Shown here: in pieces, positions 15,566-44,769 of the stretch
How the letters are laid out: every line of letters starts with the position of its first letter
How positions within the stretch are numbered: the first letter of the stretch is position 1
Assembly (NCBI RefSeq): GCF_009914755.1
Contig: NC_060925.1
Reading direction: 5' to 3' (one strand)
DNA: 64,000 nucleotides
Source of the DNA: the human T2T-CHM13v2.0 reference genome, Homo sapiens
Notes under the pieces: generated by a model
Told to the model about the DNA's origin: nothing
The model's input: only the letters and a program-made list of their open reading frames with translations
Database searches by the model: none
Translations under genes and position numbers: made by a program

Positions 15566-16094
<529 letters not shown>

Positions 16095-16314
16095 GAATCT
16101 GCGTTTTAACCCAGGTGATTCAGGTTTACGTTAGAGTTTGAAAAGTTCTGAGCTAGACCAGCAGGGCCCAGTCCTGCCTTATGCAGGGTCCAAGATGAAG
16201 AGCCTGGCTGAAGACACGTGGGTCAGTCATAACAGTGGTGGACAGCAGAGGTGCTGTTCTCCTGACCCTTAATGTTATTCACAGCCCCATCAGCTTTTTA
16301 GATTCCTCTTTTAG

Positions 16315-16540
16315 ATAACTTACTAACTCTAGAAGCTCTTTGAGAGGCCACACATCAGAAAAGACACTATCAATTTCTCCTTGTCCTCCTGGCATTTGCA
16401 TAGCATCTTCCATCCAACGCTTGAAATGTATTTCAGATGTCAACCCACCAGCCTACCCCAGGAAGTGATTTTAGACACCTTCCCTGTATCATTGCTATTT
16501 CTCAAAATAACACAGATTGTTGGAGCTGATGGGAATTTAG
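16315..16540 (+). pseudogene. GAREM-like terminal pseudo-exon K (SAM-like domain)
   Basis: ttcctcttttag acceptor. [14 protein letters not shown], frameshift, then [39 protein letters not shown], resembling the GAREM C-terminal SAM helices. Confidence 0.6.
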
Positions 16541-16547
16541 CTCTTGA

Positions 16548-17208
<661 letters not shown>

Positions 17209-17765
17209 TGAAAGCTGCTTTTTAATAGCACTAAATTTTACCATGATGTTTTCAAAAGCTTTTCTTCCCTCTCAAAAGAAGAAAATATATTCATCTTTGA
17301 AAAAATTGCTGTGTTTCATTGTGAGGTAGTGGGAAGGCCCACTGGCTGGCCATGAGCTAACTGGGAGCCCCTCAAGGGCAGAGGCCTTGTTTTTTTTAGC
17401 TTCTGTGCCCCCATTGCCAAGATAGGGCGGGCACGCCGTAGCCAGTCCCTATGAACGTGACTCTGGTGTGCATGAAAGAATAAACTGAGGCTTCAACAGA
17501 GACTTTAATTCCCCATGGCTGCTGCTGTTTCAGTTCTTAAATGGAGCTAAATTAACTCTGGGTTGTGAAGGGTAATGACCCAGAGTCATGCAGATGTACT
17601 GATGGCTCCAACAACTTCCTTACTTTGAGAAACAGTGATGATACAGGGAAGGTGTCTAAAACCCCTTGTTAGGGTATGGGATAGGCTGGTGGGCTGACAT
17701 CTGAAATACATTCCAAGCAATGGATGAAAGATGTGGCTACTAGAATTAATTAAATCATCTAAAAG

Positions 17766-17784
17766 AGGAGCCCCCTAGTGGTGC
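17766..17784 (-). promoter_or_regulatory. Candidate CTCF motif
   Basis: Minus strand GCACCACTAGGGGGCTCCT closely fits the CCACYAGRGGGC core; motif match only. Confidence 0.35.
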
Positions 17785-18060
17785 TCGGCTTTGAGGCACA
17801 GGTGTGAGGTCTCTGCTCTCACAGAGCTTACTGCCTGGTGAGGGGCGCCATGGACTGCTGGAATCACCATGCTGATCCATGAATATTCTTATGAGGGAGG
17901 CGCCCGGCTCTCAGTGTATAACCAAAGAACTTGACCTGGACTTTAGCATCTACATTGCTTTCTATGATAGATTCTGAAGCCGTAAGATGGAATGAGACTT
18001 GCCCGCCCTCAAAGAGCTCAGGTGCTGAGGGAGAGATGTATAAATAAGCAATGATCATAT

Positions 18061-19047
<987 letters not shown>

Positions 19048-19440
19048 GTATTTCAACAGAGGTTAGTATACTGGATGGCTGCCTTGAAAATGCTTTTAAA
19101 CCTGAGACAGAAGTACTCATTTAAGAGCTTGTATTTGGGAAACTCAATACAATGAGGCACTCAGGTCTAACAAGGATTCCACCTAGTGAAACTGTGTTTA
19201 TTTCTAGGGTCTAACATTTTACCCTAAAATTCTGTTAGATGCTAGGCCTACCAGATAGCACTGCTTTTGCACCAACATTCAGGCTGGGTTCTCCTAGCGT
19301 TCATCGTGAGCATTAAGATTCCCCCCTTTCAGCTGTAAGAAAAATTGGCTTTGAATTGTCACAAGAATTTCACTAACTGAGTTGACATCTTGGCATTCCC
19401 TCAAGAATAGAGGTCACGTTCGCTTCCACACAGGGATCTA

Positions 19441-19780
<340 letters not shown>

Positions 19781-20839
19781 GGCAGGGGAAGTCCTAATTC
19801 ACCTGGATGTCATAATCGCTGTGGCAGCAAAGGGCACAGCCTTTCTATCTGTACACGTGGATGTGTAAGGTGGCATTTTAGCACCACATGATCAATTCTG
19901 CTGTTTCTCAGTCATCCTAGGCTGGAGCTGAATGTCCTGACCCCTGAAGGGAGTGCAGGGAACGAGGTGCCCTCCCACCCAGACACCCAGGGCTCTACGT
20001 TTGCAGTAGGAACACCGTCCCCCTCGCAGGGGGATGACTCTTCCCCACTCCGACTTCAACCACTTTGCAAATTAAGTACTGTGATAGGCAAGCTTGATAC
20101 ATTTTACAGTATGGGTCTCAATTACTCAACTTACATCTTGAGTGCCTGATAGCATCCAGCTGGTCTAATAACACCTAATCACACAGATGCTAAACAAGTC
20201 CAGGGATTCGAAGCTTTGGGCAGGGCATGGGTTGTAATGGACTTGAGAGACAACCACAGTTTCTTAGGAAGAGCACGCGGGGTCCGAACGATGCTGGGGC
20301 CTGCTGGTCACCTGTCACCTTATCTGGTCCTTATTAAGGTCAAGAAAATTAGAGAAGATTGGCAGACCAGCGGTTATACTTAAGAACATTTGACAAATTA
20401 GTGCAGAATAAACAACAGAAAGAGAAACTAGATCCACCTTCCGTGGGACCCTTCACGCTATCCACTCCCTCACCTAGCTGGCCACCCAGACACTCCCTGA
20501 CCATTGCTTCGGCCTTGCAGGTAGAAATCAAAACTCTTAATCAACAGGAGAAGATGTTAGAAGTTTACTCGTGGCCTGAGGCTCTTACATCAGCCCTTAC
20601 TGACTGTGATGTTAATTCTTTCTGACTGCTGGGTTATTCAAGTTACTCAAACTGGACCACGGTGTTGACCGGCACGTATGGAGGAACACAAACCTGTGTC
20701 TGGTGTGTTTGTACAGTCTATAAACCTTACAGTCTAGAATGAATTCATTGTCATTCGAGTCTATCGCAGCTCTACTGAAGTGGGCAGATCACCACACAGG
20801 GGACGAAAAGGTAGTTGAGCGATGGCGTGGCTGGGCCAC

Positions 20840-21290
20840 GTCTCAGCTTCCTAGAGCTGTGGGAACAAATTACTACAAACCGTGTGGTTCTAAGCAACAA
20901 AAATTTATTCTCTCACAGCTCCGGAGGCTGGAAGTCCAAAATCAAGGTGTTGGCAGGGTCACGCTCCCTCTGAAGGCCCCAGGAGAAAATCCTTCTTCCT
21001 CATCTTTTCCTATCATCTGGTGACCTCTGATAACACTTGACATTCAATCCTTGATTTGTAGACATCACTCCAATCTCTGCCCCCATCTTCACATAACCCA
21101 CTTCTCTGTGTCTCACCGTGTCATCTTCGCTCCTTATAAAGATACCAGCCATTGGTCTTAGGTCCCACTTTAATCCAGTATGACCTCAACTTAATCATAT
21201 TTGCAAAGACCCACTTTCCAAATAAAGTCATATTCTGAAGTTCTGGATATATATGAATTCTGGGGGTAAACTCTGAACTCAGTATAGTCA
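20840..21290 (-). mobile_element. MLT1C-like MaLR LTR
   Basis: aaatttattctctcacagctccggaggctggaagtccaaaatcaaggtgttggcaggg. Confidence 0.8.
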
Positions 21291-21682
21291 GGAACCCAGA
21301 AATGTGGCCACAAGTCTGTGCTCACTACTACAAAGAATCAGATTTTGTTGTTGTTGTTCTTTGTAATACCTACAAGAAACGCCTCTCTGACAATTGTATG
21401 GCGTTTCATGGCTGTGGGAGAGGAATGTATCTCAGGGTGATGGGAGCATGAACTGAGAAGCAGAATTTGTAACCTATACTCACCTCAATTTTTTTCACTT
21501 GTAAAATGAGAAAATTGAGATCCGGCCAGCTAAGTCATTTGTCCAAAGCCATTAAATAGCTAATGAGCAGCAAAAATAAGGTGAGAACCCCATATCATTC
21601 ATTCATTCATTAAACACATACTATGTCAGGCATCTCACTGAAGAAATGAGGAAGTGGGTGGAGGTGGAATATGATTCCTGCC

Positions 21683-21960
21683 TTTTTTTTTTTTTAAATG
21701 GAGTCTCACTGTGTTGCCCAGGCTGGAGTGCAGCGGCACGATCCCGGCTCACTACAACCTCCGCCTCCCAGGTTCAAGCGATTCTCTTGCCTTAGCCTCC
21801 CAAGTAGCTAGGATTACAGGCATGCGCCACCACGCCCAGCTAATATTTGTATTTTTAGTCGAGATGGCTAGGCTGGTCTCGAACTCTGGACCTCAGGTGG
21901 TCCGCCCGCCTTGGCCTCCCAAAGTGCTGAGATTACAGGTGTGAGCCACCGTGCCTGGCC
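21683..21960 (-). mobile_element. AluS
   Basis: TSD tgattcctgcctt. Confidence 0.95.
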
Positions 21961-22628
21961 CGTGATTCCTGCCTTCTATTTATGTGGAGACAAAACTAAC
22001 AGCAGCAAACTCAACAATCAAATCAAGGTGCTACCACAGAGGTCAGTAAAGGGTAGAGGGGCCAAGAAGGAGATGATCGATTCAGGTAAGGAGAAGGTTA
22101 GGAAGGGCTTTATACTCAATTTGAGCCTAGGAAGATGAATGGGACCCACTAGGCACTGTGATCAGAGAGGGGGAGTTCCAGGCAGAAGTCCCATGCAAGT
22201 GTGGTGTTGCAGCATGGGTAAAGACGGAGCAACTGAGAACCAGCCTGGCACTTTCAGGAAACCCTGGGTGGTCCCTTATTCCTGAAGCCCAGGAGGTCAG
22301 GGAGCAGACCAGGAAGGGCCTTGAGTGCCACACTAAGAGTGTGGGACTGGTATCATGTAGGCAGGTGTCATCAAATGAAGGGTTATTTAACAGAGAAGTA
22401 AAAAGATTGCTGTTACATTTTATTTTTTTGATTGAGAGTGTGGGGGGGGGGGTCTCACTGTGTTGCCCAGGCTGGTCTTGCACTCTTGGGCTTAAGTGAT
22501 CCTCTGGCCTCAGCCTCCCAAGTAGCTGGGATTATAGGCGTACCACCATGCTCTGCTGTTACATTCTAGAAAGGTCACTTCAACCTAGTGTGGAGAATGG
22601 ATCAGAGGTGAACAAGATAAACAAGCAG

Positions 22629-22912
<284 letters not shown>

Positions 22913-23388
22913 CTAGATACTGGCTCTGGTAGGGAGACGGGGTGGAGAGCCAGGTGGTGAGGGTGGAAGAGCCAGGGGATGTGGTTAGGATCTGGATGCT
23001 GGGGAGGGGGGAAAGGAAGGCATATCTGGGCTGACCACCAGGGAGATGGTGCTGTGCTGTTCCGCACGCTTAGGAAAAGAGCAAGTGGAATGGGGTGCAG
23101 AGTTCACATAGGGCCAGGCTGAACTTAGGAGGCCTTTGGGAAACTGAGAAGCACATGGCCAGCAGACAGGAGGACTGATAGAGATGGAATTCACAGGGAG
23201 TTTGGGCTGAAGACGGAGCTGAGCAACTCATGACTTGTAGGGGCAGGGGAAGTCCTGGCTGTGGGAGGCTCATGGGCCAGGGGGAGCATGGGTCAGAAGG
23301 CTGGGCTGCGTGCAGAGCCTTTGGCCCAAAGCAGCATGGGGGGGCGAGCAGAGGAAGGAAGCCGCATGCTCACTTCTCCAGTAGCTAG

Positions 23389-23733
<345 letters not shown>

Positions 23734-24378
23734 TGAAGGTTTCTTTCTATGTTCTTCAATCTGTACTTTTCAGATTTGTGGAGGTAAAAGATTACTTAGT
23801 GCCAATAAAACTAATTATTCTTTCCAGACCAAATATTGAAATGGTGCTAAATGGAGAAGTGACAGATGAGCTATGGTGTCACCACCAACATCAGATTACA
23901 CAGCACGGATGGACAGTGTGTTGTTCAATGAGGTTGCTGGCCATCGCCACTGGGTGCACCGTGGGGCCTACTCTCGGGAGGCAGCCGCCTACAGCGGAAA
24001 GCATGCAGACAAGTGGTTCTGTGAATTATCTGAAGCAAATGCATTGTACTTCACAGACTCTGTAGTAGAAAACCACCAGTGTGAATTTAGTGGGTCACGC
24101 GCTTTGATCAGGGAGAATGAGTTCGCAGCAGTTCATCCATCCACGCCGCCCAGCCTGACTCCCTTTCATGCCATCCCATCGGCACGGCTTTTCAGTATTC
24201 TTGCTAGGGTTAGGGTGCAGCCTCCTACTTCAGAGCAAAGCCACAAGAGCAGAAGTCATGAGGCCACCCTCCCTGCCTCTCTCCGGGAGGGTGTCTCCTG
24301 CCCAGCACAGGGCCCAGCCCCCTCCCCTCACTTTAGTCCATTCTGATGTGGGACTTTGAGGCTGTCCAAGAAAGATGA

Positions 24379-24721
<343 letters not shown>

Positions 24722-24829
24722 AGGAAATGCTGTTTCTAAAGGCTGCTGCCAGCTGCTGCCAACTATGTTTTATCACTTACCATTTCCTTTTTAAAAAAAT
24801 ACCAAATTCACATTGAAATGCTTGAATTA

Positions 24830-26020
24830 AAAAAGTATTGAGGTTCAATTCACTTACAATAAAATTAATCATTTTAAAATGAGCAACTCAGTGACGTTTA
24901 GTACATCCACAATGTTGTGCAACCACCAACACTATTTAGTTCCAAAGCACGTCCACACCTTCAGAATAAAACCTCATTCCATTAAGCAGTTCTCCATTAA
25001 GCAGTTCTCTTCACTTCCCGCTCCTCCCAGATCCTGGCAACCAACAGTCTGCTTTCTGTCTCTACAGATTTACCCATTCTGGACATTTCACATAAATAAA
25101 ATCACAAAATATGCAGTCTTTTGTGACTGGATTCTTCCTTTGTTTTCTTTTTTACTTAGTTTTTTATTTTTTATTTTTTTTTTTTTTGAGACGGAGTCTC
25201 ACTCTGTCACCCAGGCTGAAGTGCAGTGGTGCAATCTCGGCTCACTGCAACCTCCGCCTCCCGAGTTGAAGTAATCCTCCTGCCTCAGCCTCCTGAGTAG
25301 CTGGGATTACAGGTGCCCACCATCACGCCCAGCTAATTTTTGTGTTTTTAGTAGAGACGGGGTTTTGCCATGTTGGCCAGGCTGATCTGGAGCTCCTGAG
25401 CTGAGGTGATCCACCCGCCTCGGCCTCCTAAAGTGCTGGGATTACAGGTATGAGCCACTGTGTCTGGCTCCTCAATTTTTTTTTGTTGTTGTTGTTAAAT
25501 AGAGACAGGGGTCTCACATTGCTGTCTAGGCTTGTCTCAAACACCTGGCTCCAAGCGATCTTCTTACCTTGGCCTCCCAAAGTGCTGGGATTGTAGGCAT
25601 GAGCCACCGCACCTGGCCAGCTTTTTTCACTTAGTGTAATGTTTTCAGGATTCATGCATGTTGTAGCATGTATCAGTATTTCATTCCCTTTTATGGCTGA
25701 AGAGTATTCCATGATGCAGGTGCACCACATTTAGTTTATCGGCCCATCTGCTGATAGACATTTGGGCTGTTTCCATCTTTTGGCTATTGTGAATAATGCT
25801 GCCACGAACATGTATTTGAGTACCTATTTTGAACCATTTTACATTCTCATCAGCAATAGCTCCAATTTCTTCACATCCTTGCCAACATATGTTATTTTCC
25901 ACTTTTTGGGTTATAGCCATCCTCGTGGGTGTGAAGTGGTACCCTCTCTTGGTTGTGATTCGCATTTGCCTAATGACTAATGATGTGGAGCATCTTTTCA
26001 TATGCTTGTTGGCATCATTT
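24830..26020 (-). mobile_element. L1MB-type 3' fragment with inserted Alus (25160-25618)
   Basis: gacatttgggctgtttccatcttttggctattgtgaataatgctgc; ctaatgactaatgatgtggagcatcttttcatatgc. Confidence 0.85.
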
Positions 26021-26039
26021 ACTTTAAAAAAAAAGTCTT

Positions 26040-27180
26040 AACATTAAATATTTTGAATTTTGTAACAATTCAAGTTTTCAGAAAGGTTGCAAGTATAGCA
26101 TAAAGAAAAGTTTCCTGGCCGGGCGCAGTGGCTCACACCTGTAATCCTAGCACTTTGAGAGGCCAAGGCAGGCAGATCACTTGAGCTCAGGAGTTCGAGA
26201 CTAGCCTGGACAACATGGTGAAACCCCATCTCTACAAAAAAAATTAGCCGGGTGTGGTGGCACACACTTGTAGTCCCAGCTACTCGGGAGGCTGAGGCTA
26301 CAGTGAGCTGAGATCACGTCATTGCACACCAGCCTGAATGACAGAGCGAGACCCTGTCTCAAAAAAAGAAAAGAAAAAAAAAGTTTCTTGAACCACTTGA
26401 ATGGGAGATGTCAACCTAACTGCCTGTCAGCCCTGAATACTTCTTATTTCCTACACAGAAAGACATGATAGAGCCATCAAAGTTAGGAAACTATTATTGA
26501 TACGTTACCATCATCTAATCCTCTAACGCTATTCAGATTTCATCAAATGCACCAGTAATGCCCTGCACGGTAGTAAATTCAGCTGAGAATCACACGCCAC
26601 ATGGAGTTCTTATGCCTCTTTAACCCCTCAGCCCTTCCTTGACTTTGACGACCCACAGCACTTTCCAAGATAGCGGCCGTTATTTTGTAGAACACCCCTC
26701 AATTCGGGCTTCTTTTCTGTCTCCTCATAAGATGCAGGTGTTATCCTTTGCCAGGAACATCACAGAAGACAAACTGCATTCTTCTCATTGCATCCTATCC
26801 AGTAGCCCAAGATGTCACCTTGTCCCATTAATGATGTTCGTTGTCATCACGTGATTAAGGTGGTGTCTGCCAAGTTTCTTCACTGTAGTTACTTTTTATT
26901 TTTGTAATGAATAAGAATTTGTGGAAAGATACCTTGAAACTGTCTAAACTTGTTCCTTATCAAACTTTCAATATATTCAATTATTGGCTGCTATTAGGAG
27001 GCACTCAGGGTTTTCTGTTTTATTCAGTAGGCTACAATTCATTACTATCAGTATTTATTTTGATGTATAAATTGTCCTGGATTTGGCCAGTGGGAGCCCC
27101 TTCAAGCTGGTTCCTGTGTCTTTCTCGAATGTCTTTATCATTTTTGATTAATTTCTGACTTTCCTACCATTGCCTATTCA
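26040..27180 (-). mobile_element. Old L1MC-type fragment with an Alu at 26117-26381 (+)
   Basis: tgattaaggtggtgtctgcc; aattgtcctggatttggccagtgggagccccttcaagctgg. Confidence 0.7.
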
Positions 27181-27288
27181 AGGTGCTAGAAAAAGGCTCC
27201 TGTTTCAAATTCCTACCAAACTGCTGATTTCCTCTTTCTCTCACCCTGGCCATGTGTCTCTGTCAAGATAAAAAAAAGCACTGCAAGA

Positions 27289-27963
27289 GGCTGGGCGTGG
27301 TGGCTCACTCCTGTAATCCCAACACTTTGGGAGGCTGAGGAGGGCGGATCACCTGAGGTCAGGAGTTCAAGACCAGCCTGGCTAACATGGTGAAACCCCA
27401 TCTCTACTGAAAAAAATACAAAAATTTGCCAGGCGTGGTGGCCCATGCCTGTAGTCCCAGCTACGCAGGAGGCTGAGGCAGGAGAATCACTTCAACCCAG
27501 GAGGCGGAGTTTGCAGTGAGCTGAAATAGTGCCACTGCAATCCAGCCTGGGCGGCAGAGCGAGACTTCATCTCAAAGAAAAAATAAAAAATAAAAAGAAG
27601 CACTGCAAAAGAGATAAAATGTAGTTACCCACAGGGCAGAGATTCTCTCTCTCTCTCTTTTTTTTTTTTTTGAAACAGGGTTTCACTCCGTCACCCAGGC
27701 TGGAGTGAAGTGGTACCATCATGGCTCACTGCAGCCTCAACTTCCTGGGCTTAAGTGATCCTCCCACCTCAGCCACCTGAGTAGCTGAGACTACAGGTGT
27801 GTGCCACCATGCTGGACTAATTTTTATTATTTTTTACTTTTTGTAGGACAGGGTCTTGCCATGTTGCCCTGGATGGTCTGGAACTCCTGGGCTCAAGCAG
27901 TCCTCCCACTTTGCCTACCAATGTGCTGGGATTATACATGTGGGCCATTGCGTCCTCCCTGGA
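27289..27963. mobile_element. AluS (+, 27289-27596) and AluJ (-, 27658-27963)
   Basis: Two dimers in inverted orientation. Confidence 0.9.
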
Positions 27964-28267
27964 CCGAGATTCTTGAATATGTAGTGCCCAGCACCAGCAG
28001 GAAGTCAGTGAGTAGATTTGACCATTGGTTGGATGTATATCTGTGACTTAGGGTCCATAAAGATCTTTTGAAGAACTGGGCACTAATCCCAACTTCGCAT
28101 TAGACAATGTTGCCAAGCAGGTGGGTTGTTTTTTAGCATATTTGAGAAGGGGGAAAGAGCCCACTAACTTTCTGGGCAAATTTGGGCAAATTACCAACCA
28201 TTGTGGGTCTCAGTTTCGACTGTTAACAGGGTTGCCTGAGCATTGCCAGTATATATGATGAAGTATT

Positions 28268-28573
28268 GGCCAGGTGTGGTGGCTCTTGCCTGTAATCCCA
28301 GTCTTTGGGAGGTCGAGGCGGGAGGATCGCTTGAGTCCAGGAGTTCAAGAACAGCCGAGGCAACATAGTACGACCTCATCTCTACAAAAAATAAATAAAA
28401 TTGGCCAGGTATGGTGGCACATGCTTGTAGTCCCAGATACTCAGGAGGCTGAGGCATGAGAATTGCTTGAGCCTGGGAGGTTGAGGTTACAATGAGCTGA
28501 GATTGTGCCACTGCACTCCAGCCTGGGCGACAGAGTGAGACTTTGTCTCACAAAAAAAAAAAAAAAAAAAAAA
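28268..28573 (+). mobile_element. AluJ
   Basis: Dimer with a long A tail. Confidence 0.9.
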
Positions 28574-28952
28574 AGAGGAGAAAGAAAAAGAAAACGAAGT
28601 ACTTACAAATATAAGGGTTGGCTCCTCATTGGTTATCAGATGGAAGACAGCCCCTCTTTAGCCCAGGACAACGTCGAAGATTGACTAGACATTCAGACTC
28701 ACAAGACGATGACAGAACGTGCTCCGATCTATTCAGAAGGATGGGGACAGAGGCCCTGGCCTGCCAGCAGAACAATGCCAGGCTGCCTTGTGTGAGGAGT
28801 CCTGGAGAATTTCTCACAGCAGAGTATGTAACATCCAGGAGTTATCTTAGCCCCATGTGATGGTCATGGTGCAAACAGACGGGGCCTTCACAGGGAGGTG
28901 CAGGGTCTGCGTGGGAAGATGCGCACCACAGGGCAGTATCTCGGGGACGTGA

Positions 28953-29629
<677 letters not shown>

Positions 29630-29799
29630 GTCACCAAAATGCTGAGAAGTTCAAAGCATGGCGTCTACATCAGATATTTAAATTCCATTCCTAGCTACTC
29701 CCAGTCCATATGTAATTCACCAGTCAGGGGCCATTTTTACCATAAGCAATGTTGCCTGGCAATGTAGTTGACATATAGCATCTTAACTGGTTTACAGGG

Positions 29800-30278
29800 T
29801 GAGGCAGGCAGAATAATGGCTTCCCAAAGTTATCTGTGTCCTACTCCCCAGAACCTGTGAACATGATAATGGGGGTTTTAGGTTGCAGATGCAATTAACT
29901 AAGGTTGCTAACTAGCTGACCTTAAGACAGGCAGGTTATCATGGATTATCCTAGTGGACCCTATGCAATCACAAGGGGCCTTGTAAGTGAAAGAGTGAGG
30001 CAGGAGAGTCGGTGTCAGTCAGAGAGAGAGATGAAGATGCTACACTGCTGGCTTTGAAGGTGGAAGGGGGCCACAAGTGAAGGGAAGTGTCCAGCCTCTA
30101 GAAGCTGGAAAAGGCAAGAAGGATTTTCTCCTGGTGTTTCCTGAAGAAACACAGCTCTGCCAACAGCTTGGTTTTACCCTACTGAGATTCATTTTGGACT
30201 TCTGACCTCTAGAACTGTAATATAATAAACTGGTGTTAAGTCACTAAGCATGTGGTAACTTGCTACGGCAGCAATACA
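29800..30278 (+). mobile_element. MLT1D-like MaLR LTR
   Basis: ggcagaataatggc...ctacactgctggctttgaagg...cagcctctagaagctggaaaaggcaag...cagcaataca. Confidence 0.85.
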
Positions 30279-30374
30279 GGGTAACAGAGCTAGGTAGTTG
30301 CCAAGGTTGGGTTCTCATGCAGCAGAGGAAGAGGGTGTGTGAACCTTTCAAGCAGTCCTGACATATAAGGCTGG

Positions 30375-38604
<8,230 letters not shown>

Positions 38605-38926
38605 AAAATCAGCATTTAATGGTATGAATTTCCCTTTAATCACTGAGTCCCACACATTTTTATATCAATTCAAAATATTTTCTAATTTCTCTTTTGATTT
38701 CCTTTTTGAACCATGGGCTATTTAGAAGTGTGTTGTTAGATTAGGTGAGGTTAGATTCTGATCTCAGCTTAATTTTTAGTCTTTGCAACTCCAAGAGACG
38801 TGAGTAGTGGTATGAATCCTAATTCTGTTCTCAAAGCTTTTGCTATGTTACTTTGGTTCTGTCCTAAGCATGTGTAGCTAAGGGGTGAGGCTGGAACTTT
38901 TGTGGTTCATAAAAAGAGTTAGATGA

Positions 38927-40235
<1,309 letters not shown>

Positions 40236-40480
40236 TTAAATTCAGAGCGGGGGGTGCCTCCGCCACAGCAGCCCCCCTCATCATGCTGTCTCCCCAGCAA
40301 CCAGCAGCTGGGGTAGGAGAAAGACCTCCTCTTTCATGCACATCTCTGTATTCCCAGCTTGCAAAAAGCTGAGGGAAGAATGATTATTTCTATTATCTAT
40401 CTGATTCTCTACTAAAGAGACAAAATGGACATCTAAAAATCACAATAACACAAAAACTCCACAATGTTTAAATGCTGTGA

Positions 40481-40915
<435 letters not shown>

Positions 40916-41764
40916 GCCAATTCCATTTTGACATGATATTGTTTCAATAGAAAGGCTATTTTTACAAAGTAGAAAGTGACAGTTAGAGGAAAATGATAAT
41001 TTTGAGTTTTCCATTTCATTTTTTAACTGAAGAAAAGACAAAAGCTGTCATATTCCAGCTCCTAGCATTATTCAAGAAGAATGAATTTTCTATAACCATT
41101 CCTCGGGCAAACCATTCATTTTTACATTCCTGAAGAATTAACTTTGTTAAAAAACAGGATGTCTTTGTTCCAGAGTATCAAGGTTTTGCTTAACATTGTG
41201 TGCAATTTTGCTTCTCATTTCATTTGCTTCCTATGAGATTTTTTTAGCGCTAAGACAGATCAAAGAAGGTTTCCTTGTTGCCTTTGGCTCCACTACCATT
41301 TCCTCTCCCAGCTCCTCAGCTAACTGGTTATTTGCTTGGCCAGTAGTGCTATTTGCAAACAGGCTCCTGAACACTGGGAGAAGATGGTTGCTGGTAAATT
41401 GCAGCTTGTGGGAATGTCTGCAACACACAGCTGACTTTCTGGAACGTGGGGAACCGCTGACCTCAAACGTAGGTTCAAGGAGGAACCACAGCCTGCTGAG
41501 GACCCACACTGAGGTGCTGGTGGATGCGGGCAGCTGCCAAGCTGATGAGGAAGGGTTTCCAAGAAGCAGGTCAGGGCCCCAGCCTGGCAAAGGGGCTCTG
41601 GGGCTCTGGGGGAGGGAACGAAGATTGATGTCTTTTGCAGGCCGACCCTGTGACCCACACAAAGCCACAAGAATGATATCCCTTTCCCTTGCTTTCTCCT
41701 CTTGCCCTGGGACAGTACTTTTCTTCCCCATTTTCCTAGCCTTCTTCTGCAAACTTCCCGGCAT

Positions 41765-42890
41765 TTAAAAAAAATAAACTTTATTTTTTAGAGCAGTTTT
41801 AGGTTCATAGCAAAGGTGAGCACAAAGTACAGAGTTCCCACATAACTCCTGTCCCCAAATAGGCGCAGCCTCCCCCATGAACATCCTGCACCAGAGTGGT
41901 CCATTTGTGACCATCAATGACCCAACACTGACACATCAATATCACCTAAAGTCCATAGTTTACAATAGGGCTCACTCTTGGCACTGCACATTCTATGGGC
42001 TTTGACAGATGTCTAATGACAGGTGCTCACTATTATGGTGTCACACAGAGGAGTTTCCTGCTCCACCTATTCAACCCTCCCCAACGCCACATTCAGAGCA
42101 GGAGGTGCCTCCACCACAGCAACCACTGATCTTTATACTGATTCCATAATTCTGCCTTTTCCAGGATGTCATATAGTGGGAATCACAGTATGTAGCCTTT
42201 TCAGACTGATTTCTTTCACTCAGCAATACGTATGTAAGTCTCCTCTATGTTGTGTCATGACTTGATAGCTCATTTCTTTTTTAGTACTGAATACTATTCC
42301 ATTTTCTGGATGTTTCACAGCTTATTTATCCATTCACCTACTGAAGAACATCTTGGTTGCTTCCGAGTTTGGGCAATTATGAATAAAGCTGCTATAAACA
42401 TCTGTGTGCAGGTTTTCGTGTGAACATAAGTTTTCAACCCAGGAAAATTCCAAGGAGTGCAATTGCTATACCATATGGGAAGAGGAGGTGTCGTTTTGTA
42501 AGGAACTGCCAAACTGTCTTCCAAAGTGGCTGTTGCATTTTGCATTCCCAACAGCAATGAACAAGAGTGTCTGCTTCTGCAGATCCTGGCCCGCTTTGTG
42601 TATTCTCAGGGTTGTGGATTTTGGCCATTCTAAATGGTGTGTAGTGGTTTCTCCTCCTTTTCATTTGCATTTCCCTAATGACATATGATGTTGAGCTTCT
42701 CTTCAAATGCCATCTTTGTATCTTTGGTAAGATGCCTTTTCAAAACTTTTGCTCATCTTTAATAGGATTTTGTTTTGTTTTGTTTTCTATTGAGTTTTAA
42801 GAGTTCTTTTGTATTCTGAGTGACAGCATTTATCAGATGTCTTGCAAATGTCTTCTCCCAATCTGTGACTTGTCTGCTCATTCTCTTGAC
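41765..42890 (-). mobile_element. L1MB-type 3' end
   Basis: tagagcagttttaggttcatagcaaa...gtacagagttccca; ctgtcttccaaagtggctg; ORF2 C-terminal-like ORFs on the minus strand. Confidence 0.9.
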
Positions 42891-43180
42891 TTTCCCAAGC
42901 TTTTCAAAGCTCATAGGGAGGGCCTGGGACTAGAGGGAGGCTAGTGAGGGACCTAGAACACAGAATTTAAAGAGGTGATCTATCTCAGGGCCTTGCAAGT
43001 GCGATGAGACACGGCCGAGTGCCTCTTTAAATTCTCACCTAATTCTGGTCCTGCTGATGTGGTCAGACCTCAGCTGCGCTAATGTCCAGCCCCACCGTCT
43101 ACTGAGCAAACTCGTCACTCTCTGATAGGACCTTTTCCGTGACCATTGCTGCCAAGACAGCAGCTTCATAAAGAACACCA

Positions 43181-43998
<818 letters not shown>

Positions 43999-44318
43999 GA
44001 CATAGTTTTAGATGAAATGAGATCATGTGAGTGAAGGGTTTGGAAAACTGTCTGGTACGGCACAGGGGGCTGTGAGGAAGTGGCAGCTCTGATCACCACG
44101 GATGCATGCAGGAACCAGCTGCGGCAGTCAATCTGTGCTTCAGACTTGTGCTGCAGACCATTTACAATGGCCTCTCCCCAGGACACTGTTGGAAACTGGA
44201 AGGCTTCCGGGTATGTTAACTTCATCAGAGAGGAAGACTGGAGTATACTGAACTCTTTGAAAGGAAAATCAGGATCCTTAGTTTCAACCATGAGACTGGA
44301 TAGTATTTTGTGATATCA

Positions 44319-44769
<451 letters not shown>

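Noticed and set aside
23897-23920. REST/NRSE-like cagcacggatggacag
   Set aside because: Spacing is off by one and the core has a mismatch.
41196-41768. Overlapping 190-aa and 177-aa ORFs on opposite strands
   Set aside because: No homology or splice context; compatible with chance.
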